DNA from: Treponemataceae bacterium
GTDB taxonomy: Bacteria > Spirochaetota > Spirochaetia > Treponematales > Rectinemataceae
Reading direction: 5' to 3'
DNA: 64,000 nt
Assembly (NCBI GenBank): GCA_963678065.2
Contig: CAXXVZ010000005.1
Location: forward strand, 96,001-160,000
The notes under the pieces are model-generated. The model saw nothing but the letters and a program-made list of their open reading frames with translations. It made no database searches and was not told where the DNA came from. Positions 1-7,676 of the stretch are shown here, piece after piece (position 1 is the stretch's first letter; every line of letters begins with the position of its first letter). The position numbers were made by a program, and so were the translations under genes.

Positions 1-4
1 ATGA

Positions 5-817
5 ATGTCGGCAAAACTCGGAATCATCGGAACCGGAAAACTCGGCGAGGCGATACTCGCGGGCATGTTCGCCCGCAAGCTCGTCGATCCGGGAGAAGTC
101 ATCCTCTCGGTCCGGACCGAGAAGCACCGCGCCGACCTGGAAGCCCGCTACGGCGTCCGCGCAGTACTCGACAACAATATCATCGCCGCGGAGGCCCAGA
201 CCATCATCGTCGCCGTCAAACCCAAGACAGTGACGGAGGTCCTGAGCCACATCGCCCCCCACCTCAGGGCGGGGCAGCTCATCATCTCGACGGTCGCGGG
301 CGTCGTCCTCGACCACTTCGAGACGATGGTCCCCGGCACTGTCGGCGTCATCCGGAGCATGCCGAACATGGCCGTCGCTGTCGGCGAGGGCATGACCGTC
401 CTCTCCCCGGGACGGGCCGTGACCGAAGCCCAGCTGGACTGGGCGCGCGAGATCTTCGGGTCTGTCGGCCGCGTCCTCGTCCTCGCGGAAGAGCACATGG
501 ACGCCGTCACCGGACTGTCCGGATCGGGCCCCGCCTACGTCTACATCATCATCGAGTCGCTCGCGGACGGCGGGGTCAAGCTGGGCCTCCCGCGCGACGT
601 GTCCATCGAGCTCGCCGCTCAGACCGTCCTCGGCGCGGCCAAGAACGTCATCGTCACCGGCGAGCACCCGGCCAAGCTCAAGGACCAGGTCACGACACCC
701 GCCGGCGTCACCATCGACGGTATTCTCGAACTCGAGGAGGGCGGCCTGCGCGTCACCCTCATCAAGGCCGTCGTCAAGGCGGCGGAGAGGGCGAAGGCGC
801 TGCTCAGGAAAAACTGA
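5..817 (+). CDS. proC: Pyrroline-5-carboxylate reductase
   Basis: GxGxxG (IGTGKLG), AVKP, RSMPN, TGLSGSGPAY and VTTPAGVT motifs typical of ProC; 270 aa. Confidence 0.95.
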   Translation: MSAKLGIIGTGKLGEAILAGMFARKLVDPGEVILSVRTEKHRADLEARYGVRAVLDNNIIAAEAQTIIVAVKPKTVTEVLSHIAPHLRAGQLIISTVAGVVLDHFETMVPGTVGVIRSMPNMAVAVGEGMTVLSPGRAVTEAQLDWAREIFGSVGRVLVLAEEHMDAVTGLSGSGPAYVYIIIESLADGGVKLGLPRDVSIELAAQTVLGAAKNVIVTGEHPAKLKDQVTTPAGVTIDGILELEEGGLRVTLIKAVVKAAERAKALLRKN

Positions 818-827
818 CACTACGCCA

Positions 828-1676
828 TCAGGGGACGCCGCCATTCCGGTATTTTACCTGCGCCGTTCCCGCCGCATACCCATAGAGGGCGACGTAGTAT
901 GTCGGATCAGGCGTGGAAAATACTTTGGATTTCTGGCCAAGCGAAGACGAAGTCTCATTCCCGACGAATACGCCGCTCGTGTCGAAGACATAGAGGTCCA
1001 GGTCGCCGGAAATGCGGTTGATGAAGAAGGTCGTCGTCCCGAGCGCTGCCGGCACCTTGTACCATTTCTCGCCGCGCAGCCCGAGACTCGCGGTGGACGA
1101 CCAGATGTTTTCCGTGCCCGTGAGATCTTCGACCAGGACGGGGATGCAATTCACCGTCGCGTATGAAGTGCTCCCGCCAGTTATCGTAATGCCGGAATTC
1201 CAGCCAATCGTCACGGGGTCGGAGCCATTGGCGTTGTTGTAGATCGATACCTTGAGCCAGTCGTAGCCGCCTGCGGGAATCTCCGAGATGCTCACGACGC
1301 CGAGGGTCGAACTCGTATTTATGGAAGTGGCGGGATAGCTCCAGGCCGAGAATGCCAAATTCGAACCCTTGTACAGTTCAAAGAGAACTTTGTCGGCCCG
1401 CACCCATGCCTTTGACGCGGCATCAACCGCTCCGGTCCGCTTCTGTGCCGCCTCGAGGGTCGACGGGGCCGCTATCTCGGGAGGTATACCCTCAGGCAGA
1501 GTGACGATTCCCCTCGAAGAACTGAGGGGTTCCAGGCTGACGGCGAGACTCCCCTTCGTCGAGGGATCGATGATGATAGTGCAGCCAGCGCTCACAAGCG
1601 CCACAGCAGCCATGGCTGCGAGGAGAAGGACCGGGCGTACATGACGGCGCGCCCTTGATTCCGAAACGGTTTTCAT
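828..1676 (-). CDS. Hypothetical lipoprotein with a C-terminal PPC-like beta domain
   Basis: Signal peptide ending LVSAG-C (lipobox-like); C-terminus KWYKV...GDLDLYVFD...TYYVALYGY resembles PPC domains; start chosen at ATG 1676. Confidence 0.55.
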   Translation of the reverse strand: MKTVSESRARRHVRPVLLLAAMAAVALVSAGCTIIIDPSTKGSLAVSLEPLSSSRGIVTLPEGIPPEIAAPSTLEAAQKRTGAVDAASKAWVRADKVLFELYKGSNLAFSAWSYPATSINTSSTLGVVSISEIPAGGYDWLKVSIYNNANGSDPVTIGWNSGITITGGSTSYATVNCIPVLVEDLTGTENIWSSTASLGLRGEKWYKVPAALGTTTFFINRISGDLDLYVFDTSGVFVGNETSSSLGQKSKVFSTPDPTYYVALYGYAAGTAQVKYRNGGVP

Positions 1677-1826
1677 CGCGGTGAACTCCCTTGTCGTATG
1701 CTTCACTACAATATACCGCCATTTCCCGGACTTTTCAGTTCAGACTCGGGTCGGGCCCCAGCGCGACAGGCCGTGGCGCCGCAAGCTCAAGGCGTAGCTG
1801 TGACACAGCGAGCGTGAGCGCAGGCT

Positions 1827-2621
1827 TTAGGCGTAGCTGTGAAGTCCCGAGAGGAGGAAGTTCACGCCGAAGAAGGTGAAGACCGTGCACAAAAAACCGA
1901 TGACGGAAACCCAGGCGGGGAGCAGTCCGGTCTTTCGCTTGATGAAGCGGATGTGCAGATAGAAGGTGTAGATGAGCCAGGTGACGAGGGCCCAGGTTTC
2001 CTTCGGATCCCAGGACCACCAGACTCCCCAGGCCTGCTCGGCCCAGATGGCGCCGAAGACCAGGGCCCCCGCCGTGAAGATCGGGAAACCGACAGCGATG
2101 GCCGTGTAGGTTATGCGATCGAAATCGGGGCGCTTCCTTTCATCCCGCGTGAAGATATAGGCCAGGGAGGCGACGAACCCGGCCACGAAGAAGGCCTCTC
2201 CGACAAAGGAGAGCGCCACGTGGGCGACGAGCCAGCCGGAGCGCAGAGCGGGGATCGGCGCGAGGAGATCCTTGGGAGCGAGAGGTGAGCTCGCGACAGC
2301 GAGGAGAACGAGGGCGACGACAGTCGCGCCGAACTGCACGAAGGGCAGGAAAATAAAGCGCTTCTGTGTCCGGTAAGCGAATCCCATCAGGCAGACGAAA
2401 CCCGAATAGAAGACCAGGGACTCGAATGTGCCGGTCAGGGCGGGGAATCCGATCCTGAACGAGCGGTCGGCGATGACGGCAGCGAGAAGCGCGGCAGCGC
2501 CGAGTAGGAGAAAACGGGATGCAGGCTCTCTCTCCCCTCCTTCCTTGCGGAAGAGGAATACCGCCTGGACTGCGGCAGAGGCGAGTATCAGCAGGATTGC
2601 GATGGTCGGCAGGCTGTTCAT
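1827..2621 (-). CDS. ccsA: Cytochrome c biogenesis protein CcsA/ResC (System II heme lyase)
   Basis: WWD motif WAEQAWGVWWSWDPKETW, conserved His residues (VAHV, YLH, GLHSY), many TM helices. Confidence 0.95.
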   Translation of the reverse strand: MNSLPTIAILLILASAAVQAVFLFRKEGGEREPASRFLLLGAAALLAAVIADRSFRIGFPALTGTFESLVFYSGFVCLMGFAYRTQKRFIFLPFVQFGATVVALVLLAVASSPLAPKDLLAPIPALRSGWLVAHVALSFVGEAFFVAGFVASLAYIFTRDERKRPDFDRITYTAIAVGFPIFTAGALVFGAIWAEQAWGVWWSWDPKETWALVTWLIYTFYLHIRFIKRKTGLLPAWVSVIGFLCTVFTFFGVNFLLSGLHSYA

Positions 2622-3553
2622 GGCTTCATGTCTCCGAGTTTCTGGATGAAGGTGAGAAAGAGTCCCACCACGACGAAGATGAGGGCGGCGAGAATGACAG
2701 GATACCCGGGATCGACGACGGCGTGGAGGCCGGTGATATCCGAGTCTTTCATCCCGGAGATGAGGAAGGGCCCGGCCCTGTCTCCGGCAGCGACGCGGAG
2801 GACATCGGTCTTTTCGCCCGATTTGAGGCGGATCACGGCCTTTCCCTTTCCGTCGTCGGCGGCCATGAAGTAGAGACTGGAGCCTCCGTCGGAGAACTCA
2901 CCGCCCTGGTCGAGCAGATGCTCCTTCCCGGCGGAATCCGCGACCGAGAGGGCGCGCTTCGCGCTATGCGAGAACTGGTAGAGGCTCATGGTGCCGAGCT
3001 TCAGGGGATGGTTGACGCGGATGGCGTAGCCTTCCTTCTCGATCTTCCCGTCCTTCATGACGCTCACGGTGGAAGTCCAATCCTTGGGCCGCCCGTCGTC
3101 GTAGGTCTCGTAGCTGAAGTCCGTCAACTCGAGGACGCGTGACTCGGGCATCTCGACCTTGTCGCCGACGGAGAGGCTCACCGACCCTTCCTGTTTGCCG
3201 GAGAAAGAGACGACGGAGCCGATCACGAGGATCATGAGGCCGAGGTGGAGAATGTCGGGACCGTGCCTGCGTCGACCTTTTTTCCGCAATTCGCGTAAAA
3301 GCCTGTCGATGGTGCAGACAGAGAGGTTGACGAAGAAGGCAAGGACCGGAATCAGGAAGAGGATCGAGGTGAAAAAGCGGGAAAATCCCGTCTGCACGAT
3401 GAGTTCGCCGAGGAGCCTTCCGTACTTTGCGGTGTAGGCCCCGGCATCCAGTCCCTGGGGAATGAGGGTCGCGAGGATTCCTGTCAAGGCGAGCCAGGCG
3501 ATGAGGAAGACAGCGAGCTTCATCGATTTGAGGGATTTGAAGAGTCGTTCCAC
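2618..3553 (-). CDS. resB: Cytochrome c biogenesis protein ResB/Ccs1 (System II)
   Basis: SMKLAVFLI...ATLIPQ, NLSVCT, ILHLGL, IRVNHPL and DPGYPVI motifs; 4-bp overlap with ccsA; GTG start at 3553 lies downstream of a predicted promoter. Confidence 0.88.
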   Translation of the reverse strand: MERLFKSLKSMKLAVFLIAWLALTGILATLIPQGLDAGAYTAKYGRLLGELIVQTGFSRFFTSILFLIPVLAFFVNLSVCTIDRLLRELRKKGRRRHGPDILHLGLMILVIGSVVSFSGKQEGSVSLSVGDKVEMPESRVLELTDFSYETYDDGRPKDWTSTVSVMKDGKIEKEGYAIRVNHPLKLGTMSLYQFSHSAKRALSVADSAGKEHLLDQGGEFSDGGSSLYFMAADDGKGKAVIRLKSGEKTDVLRVAAGDRAGPFLISGMKDSDITGLHAVVDPGYPVILAALIFVVVGLFLTFIQKLGDMKP

Positions 3554-3594
3554 GGATTTCCGCCTTGAGGAATCGAGAGATCGTCGGTGCAAAA

Positions 3595-3624
3595 ATGATA
3601 GTCGCCGCCTCATGGACCTGTCAA
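3595..3624 (-). promoter_or_regulatory. Sigma70-type promoter for resB-ccsA
   Basis: TTGACA (3624-3619), 18-nt spacer, TATCAT (3600-3595) on the minus strand. Confidence 0.5.
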
Positions 3625-3635
3625 CAACAATTCGA

Positions 3636-3657
3636 TGATAAAGATAGAATTTTATCA
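3636..3657. promoter_or_regulatory. Inverted repeat TGATAAA-N8-TTTATCA between the divergent promoters (candidate regulator site)
   Basis: Perfect 7-bp inverted repeat in the AT-rich intergenic region. Confidence 0.4.
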
Positions 3658-3667
3658 ACATATCGAG

Positions 3668-3696
3668 TTTACAATATTATATCACGGGTGTATGAT
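3668..3696 (+). promoter_or_regulatory. Sigma70-type promoter for the multiheme cytochrome operon
   Basis: TTTACA-N17-TATGAT, then RBS AAAGGAGG just before ATG 3729. Confidence 0.6.
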
Positions 3697-3728
3697 TCAG
3701 ATATAAATCTATACAAAGGAGGTATGCC

Positions 3729-4946
3729 ATGAAACGGATGACTGCGCTTGCAGTCTTCGCGCTCGCGGGTCTGGCGGCTTACGCCGCCGAATCGACCTGC
3801 GTCACCTGCCACACAGACAGCGAGACCATGAAATCGCTCTTCGTGCCGCCGGCGATGAGCGCGTCCGAAGGCGAGGGCTGAGCGGGAACTCCTCCCCCGG
3901 TCCGGGCGGATGAACTTTACCTGGGATTCGTCGTCGACAAGTCCCTTCTGGAAACCGATCCACATCTCAAAAATGACTGCACGTTCTGCCACAAAGGCGA
4001 CCCGACGGCTTCCGACAGGAGCCTCGCGCACGCGGGCGTGAACAAGCGTCCCTCCGACGACCTTGCGACCTGCGGGACATGTCACGAGGAGACAGTCAAA
4101 ACCTACAAACTCTCCCTCCACTACACGACAGCGGGCATGAAGAGCGGGGTGAATCCCCGGTTCTCCGGCGCGGAAGCCTCGGTCTACGATCAGAAGGTCT
4201 TCGAGCAGTCCTGTCGCTCCTGCCACGCGTCATGCGGCGACTGTCACGTCAAGAGCCCCACCATCTCCGGCGTCGATCTCGGTCTCATGGCCGGACACAA
4301 ATTTGTAAAGAAAGACGAGTCGAAGACCTGCGCGCTCTGCCACGGCGGACGCGTCTACCCCGAGTTCACGGGCGAATACGGCGGCAACGCCGATGTCCAC
4401 TACCAAAAAGGCATGTCCTGCACGGACTGCCACTCAGAGTCCGAAATTCATGCCAGCTCCGGAGCACAGAGCGACAGGCGCGCCGTTTCCGACAAGCCGT
4501 CCTGCGTGAAGTGCCACGCTCCCGGGACGGAGAAGACCGAAAAGGCGAGAACCGCGCACGCCGACCACGGCGATATGGTCTCCTGTTCCGCCTGCCACAG
4601 CTCGGCGGAGTACCGCGGCTGTGCATCCTGCCATCTCGGCGAAGGCGCTACATCGAGCCCCATGTTCATGCTCGGCGACAATCCGAGGAAACCCGGCCAG
4701 CTCACCACGCTGCGCCTCGTTCCCACGGTCCGCGACACGTTCAAGAAGGTCGGTATCGTCCAGGAAAACTTCGATTCGATGCCCAATCTCTGGGATACCG
4801 TTCCGCACAACACGCGCAAGCGCACCGAGCGCACGCGCGACTGCTCTGTCTGCCACTCGGAGAAGCGGAACGTCCTCACCGAGGAAACGCTCCCGAAGGG
4901 CGGATCCGAGGCCAACAAGAAACTCATTTTCGAGTTCATGTATTGA
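3729..4946 (+). CDS. Secreted 11-heme c-type cytochrome, predicted selenoprotein (Sec at codon 51, UGA 3879-3881); 405 aa
   Basis: RBS plus ATG 3729, signal peptide MKRMTALAVFALAGLAAYA, CVTCH, then ...SEGEG-UGA-AGTPPP... in frame with CTFCH and the nine CxxCH motifs of ORF 4038-4946; hairpin after the UGA; selC/selA/selB about 2 kb downstream. Confidence 0.88.
3882..3910 (+). promoter_or_regulatory. Candidate bacterial SECIS element
   Basis: UCC-U-CCC-(CCGGUCC)-GGG-C-GGA hairpin with a G-containing GGUC apical loop about 17 nt after the UGA. Confidence 0.6.
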
Positions 4947-4965
4947 ATTTTCAAGGAGAAAAACG

Positions 4966-5844
4966 ATGAAGAAGCTGTTTGCCATCCTCGTGCTCGCCGC
5001 CTGCCTCGCGCCGGCTGCCTTCGCAAGAGACATCGATCCCGTAGTCTCGGCCGCGTGGCTGGAGTCCAACCTCGCCAACCCCAACCTCGTCGTCATGGAC
5101 GTCCGCTCGGTGGAGAACTACAAGGCCGGCCACATTCCCGGCGCCGTCAATGTCATAGGGGCCAGTCTCTATGTGAAGAAGGGCGAGATCAACAACGAGG
5201 TGCCCGAGATGGATGAGCTCTCGGATACCCTCTCCGCGGCCGGAGTCAAGGCCGACTCCTGGATCGTCGTCGTCGAAACCGACGGCTCCCGCCTCGCCTG
5301 GTCCACGCGCGTCGCCTGGACTCTGAAATACGTCGGGATCGAGAACGTCGCCTTCCTCGACGGCGGCTACGCGGCCTGGACCAAGGCCGCCAAGCCCGTC
5401 TCCAAGGACGCGGTCACGAAGTCAGGCGGCTACACCGCCAAGGCGGTTCCCGCCTACTTCGCGGACAAGGCCCAGGTCCTTGCGGCAAAAGACGCTCAGA
5501 TCGTCGATGCGCGCACCTACGATACCTACTTCGGACTCGTCAGGCAGTCCTTCGTCGCTCAGGCCGGACACTTCCCCGGCGCGTATTCTCTCCCCTACAC
5601 CTGGATCCTCAACGCCGACAACATGGTCAAGTCCAAGGCCGACCTGGCCGCCTACGCCGCGAAGCTCGGACTCGACCCCTCCATCGAGACCATCGTCTAC
5701 TGCGACTCGGGCGTCCTGTGCACCGCCTGGTGGTATGCCTTCTCCGAGATACTCGGCTGGAAGAATGTCAGGAGCTTCGACGGATCCTCCCAGGTTCTCA
5801 CCGCCGATCCATCAGTCAAGTATGTGGCTCTGACCTGGCGCTGA
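4966..5844 (+). CDS. Secreted tandem-domain rhodanese/sulfurtransferase (possibly extended to 5928 by UGA readthrough)
   Basis: RBS AAGGAG; signal peptide MKKLFAILVLAACLAPAAFA; DVRS..YKAGHIPGA, LDGGYAAW, GHFPGA, active-site loop VYCDSGVLC, FDGS. Confidence 0.9.
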   Translation: MKKLFAILVLAACLAPAAFARDIDPVVSAAWLESNLANPNLVVMDVRSVENYKAGHIPGAVNVIGASLYVKKGEINNEVPEMDELSDTLSAAGVKADSWIVVVETDGSRLAWSTRVAWTLKYVGIENVAFLDGGYAAWTKAAKPVSKDAVTKSGGYTAKAVPAYFADKAQVLAAKDAQIVDARTYDTYFGLVRQSFVAQAGHFPGAYSLPYTWILNADNMVKSKADLAAYAAKLGLDPSIETIVYCDSGVLCTAWWYAFSEILGWKNVRSFDGSSQVLTADPSVKYVALTWR

Positions 5845-5928
5845 GCCCGGACGGCGACGGTCCGGTACTGCTACTCCTGTCATCACGCCGAGACCCTCGT
5901 CAACTGCAACAAGTGCCACAAGGAGTGA
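5845..5928 (+). other. In-frame diheme peptide ARTATVRYCYSCHHAETLVNCNKCHKE after the rhodanese UGA (readthrough extension or remnant of a small cytochrome gene)
   Basis: Two CxxCH motifs (CYSCH, CNKCH) in 27 codons, no start codon of its own, ends at TGA 5926-5928. Confidence 0.6.
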
Positions 5929-5988
5929 GGCGGCCGGGCACTGCGGAGGACTAAAAACTCCAAAGGCTCTGTCACAGAGACGATTGTC

Positions 5989-6022
5989 GATGAGGGGCCG
6001 GCCGCAAAGCCGGCCCCTCATC
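5989..6022. terminator. 14-bp GC stem-loop after the cytochrome-rhodanese operon
   Basis: GATGAGGGGCCGGC-cgcaaa-GCCGGCCCCTCATC perfect stem; no long U-tract. Confidence 0.55.
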
Positions 6023-6063
6023 ATCGAGGCCATTCCGGTCTTGGCCATCCCGGACAGGAAAGC

Positions 6064-6093
6064 TTGACCCCGCATCCGGAGTGCGGCTAGTAT
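6064..6093 (+). promoter_or_regulatory. Sigma70-type promoter of selC-selA-selB
   Basis: TTGACC-N18-TAGTAT, 7 nt upstream of the tRNA 5' end. Confidence 0.5.
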
Positions 6094-6100
6094 CGCCTGC

Positions 6101-6189
6101 GGAAGCAGACGGGGTCTGGTGGCTCCCGCGGTCTTCAAAACCGTTGGCCGCGCCTTGCGCGGCGGCAGGTCCGATTCCTGCCTCTTCCG
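6101..6189 (+). tRNA. selC: tRNA-Sec (anticodon UCA)
   Basis: Acceptor GGAAG(C)AG/CTCTTCC-G; 6-bp D stem GGGGTC-TGGT-GGCTCC; anticodon loop CT-TCA-AA (6135-6137); long variable arm GCCGCGC-CTT-GCGCGGC; T arm GCAGG-TCCGATT-CCTGC; directly upstream of selA. Confidence 0.95.
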
Positions 6190-6223
6190 ATCACCATGAC
6201 CGGCACCCGCCGAGGCAGAAAGC

Positions 6224-7672
6224 ATGACAGAACCATCCAGAGATATCCGTTTGCCCCAGATCGGCAGGATTCTCGAGAATCCGGATATCGCCGCGTTTTT
6301 TCCCCTCATCTCGCGTCCTTTGACCGCAAAGTCGGTGGCCGAAACGGTGGCGCGCATCCGCGCCTCAGCCCTGGCAGGCTCCGTTTCAGTCTCCGATACC
6401 GAAGTCATCGGACGCTGCGTCGACGACTGCCGCGCCCTCGCATCCAGACGACTCAGGCCTGTGCTCAACGCGACGGGCATCCTCCTTCACACGAACCTCG
6501 GCCGTTCGCCTTTGAGCGAGGGCGCGTGGGAGAAAGCCCGGCGGATAAATACAGGCTACTCGAACCTCGAGTTCGACCTCGGGGCGGGAGAACGGGGAAG
6601 GCGCGGGGGTCTCGCGCCTGAATTGGCCGCCCTTCTTTCGGGAGCCGAATCCGCCCTCATCGTCAACAACAACGCGGCCGCAGTGCTCCTCGCGCTCGGA
6701 ACTCTCGCCGCGGGTCGCGAAGTCATCGTCTCACGAGGGGAGCAGGTTCAGATCGGCGGCGGGTTCCGCATCCCGGAGATCCTCGCCCTGTCCGGCGCGA
6801 AACTCGTCGAGGTGGGAACGACGAATGTCACCACGGTCGACGACTACCTTCAGGCCCTCGGGCCGGAGACTGCCGCCGTCCTCGTGGTTCACAGCTCCAA
6901 CTTCGCGATCCGCGGATTCACCAGGAAGGCGGCGCTCGCCGACTTGGTCGGGGCGCTCCCCTCCCGCGTTCCCGTCATCGCCGATCAGGGATCGGGATGC
7001 ACCACAGAGCGCATCGAAGGCGAGATCCCGGTTTCGCGGTACATCGCGGACGGAGCAGCCCTCGTCTGTTTTTCCGGGGACAAGCTCGCGGGCGGACCCC
7101 AGGCGGGCATAATCGCGGGCCGCAGCGACCTCGTCGCGGCCTGCGCGCGTCATCCGCTCATGCGGGCGTTCCGACCCGGGAAAACCATCCTGTCGCTTCT
7201 GGAGCAGAGACTCGTCGAGATTCTCTCCGGAGTTCCCGCTCCGGCTTCGCCGCGGGATGCGGCCGGGCTCGAGACCTTCGGCGCGGCGATCCTCGCCGGA
7301 TTGCCAGGGGGAACGGCGCGCCTCGTCCCCTCTGTCGCGTCCACGGGAGGCGGAACGAGTCCGGACGAAGGATTTCCTTCGCGCGCGCTCGAACTGCTTC
7401 CACCGCTCGCCGCGCAGCGCCTTCTCGAAGCATTCCGGCAGGGCGATCCACCGCTCGTCGCGTGCGTGCGTGCGGGAAAGATTCGGCTCGACCTCGCGTC
7501 GCTGCGCGGCGAAGACCCGCGGCTCGTCGCACAGCTCATCATGGAGGCCCTCGCCTCCTGCGACAGCGATGCCCCATCGGGGAAGCGCGCCGACTCCGCC
7601 TGTTTCGACGTCTGTCATTCTTCTCCGCTCAGGGTTGGCGGCCCGGCGTCGGGTCCGGTCACAGGAGACTGA
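6224..7672 (+). CDS. selA: L-seryl-tRNA(Sec) selenium transferase
   Basis: VLNATGILLHTNLGRSPL, YSNLEFDL, VNNNAAAVLL, SRGEQVQIGGGFRIPE, EVGTTN and PLP-Lys motif FSGDKLAGGPQAG. Confidence 0.97.
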   Translation: MTEPSRDIRLPQIGRILENPDIAAFFPLISRPLTAKSVAETVARIRASALAGSVSVSDTEVIGRCVDDCRALASRRLRPVLNATGILLHTNLGRSPLSEGAWEKARRINTGYSNLEFDLGAGERGRRGGLAPELAALLSGAESALIVNNNAAAVLLALGTLAAGREVIVSRGEQVQIGGGFRIPEILALSGAKLVEVGTTNVTTVDDYLQALGPETAAVLVVHSSNFAIRGFTRKAALADLVGALPSRVPVIADQGSGCTTERIEGEIPVSRYIADGAALVCFSGDKLAGGPQAGIIAGRSDLVAACARHPLMRAFRPGKTILSLLEQRLVEILSGVPAPASPRDAAGLETFGAAILAGLPGGTARLVPSVASTGGGTSPDEGFPSRALELLPPLAAQRLLEAFRQGDPPLVACVRAGKIRLDLASLRGEDPRLVAQLIMEALASCDSDAPSGKRADSACFDVCHSSPLRVGGPASGPVTGD

Positions 7673-7676
7673 GAGG

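Noticed and set aside
1790..1842. 14-bp direct repeat AGGCGTAGCTGTGA (1790-1803, 1829-1842) duplicating the ccsA 3' end as an att site
   Set aside because: The copies are only 39 bp apart and no matching copy was seen at the other side of the island; more likely a local slippage scar.
4038..4946. 302-aa cytochrome ORF as given in the ORF track
   Set aside because: No RBS or signal peptide at GTG 4038. The upstream in-frame sequence has two more CxxCH motifs and a signal peptide, so the gene is called from 3729 through the UGA.
6101..6189. selC as an integration site for a mobile element
   Set aside because: No integrase or transposase in the window, and no duplicated tRNA 3' end was found.
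7601..7618. CFDVCH (Cx3CH) in the SelA C-terminal extension as a heme site
   Set aside because: SelA is cytoplasmic with no signal peptide, the spacing is non-canonical and the tail looks like low-constraint sequence.
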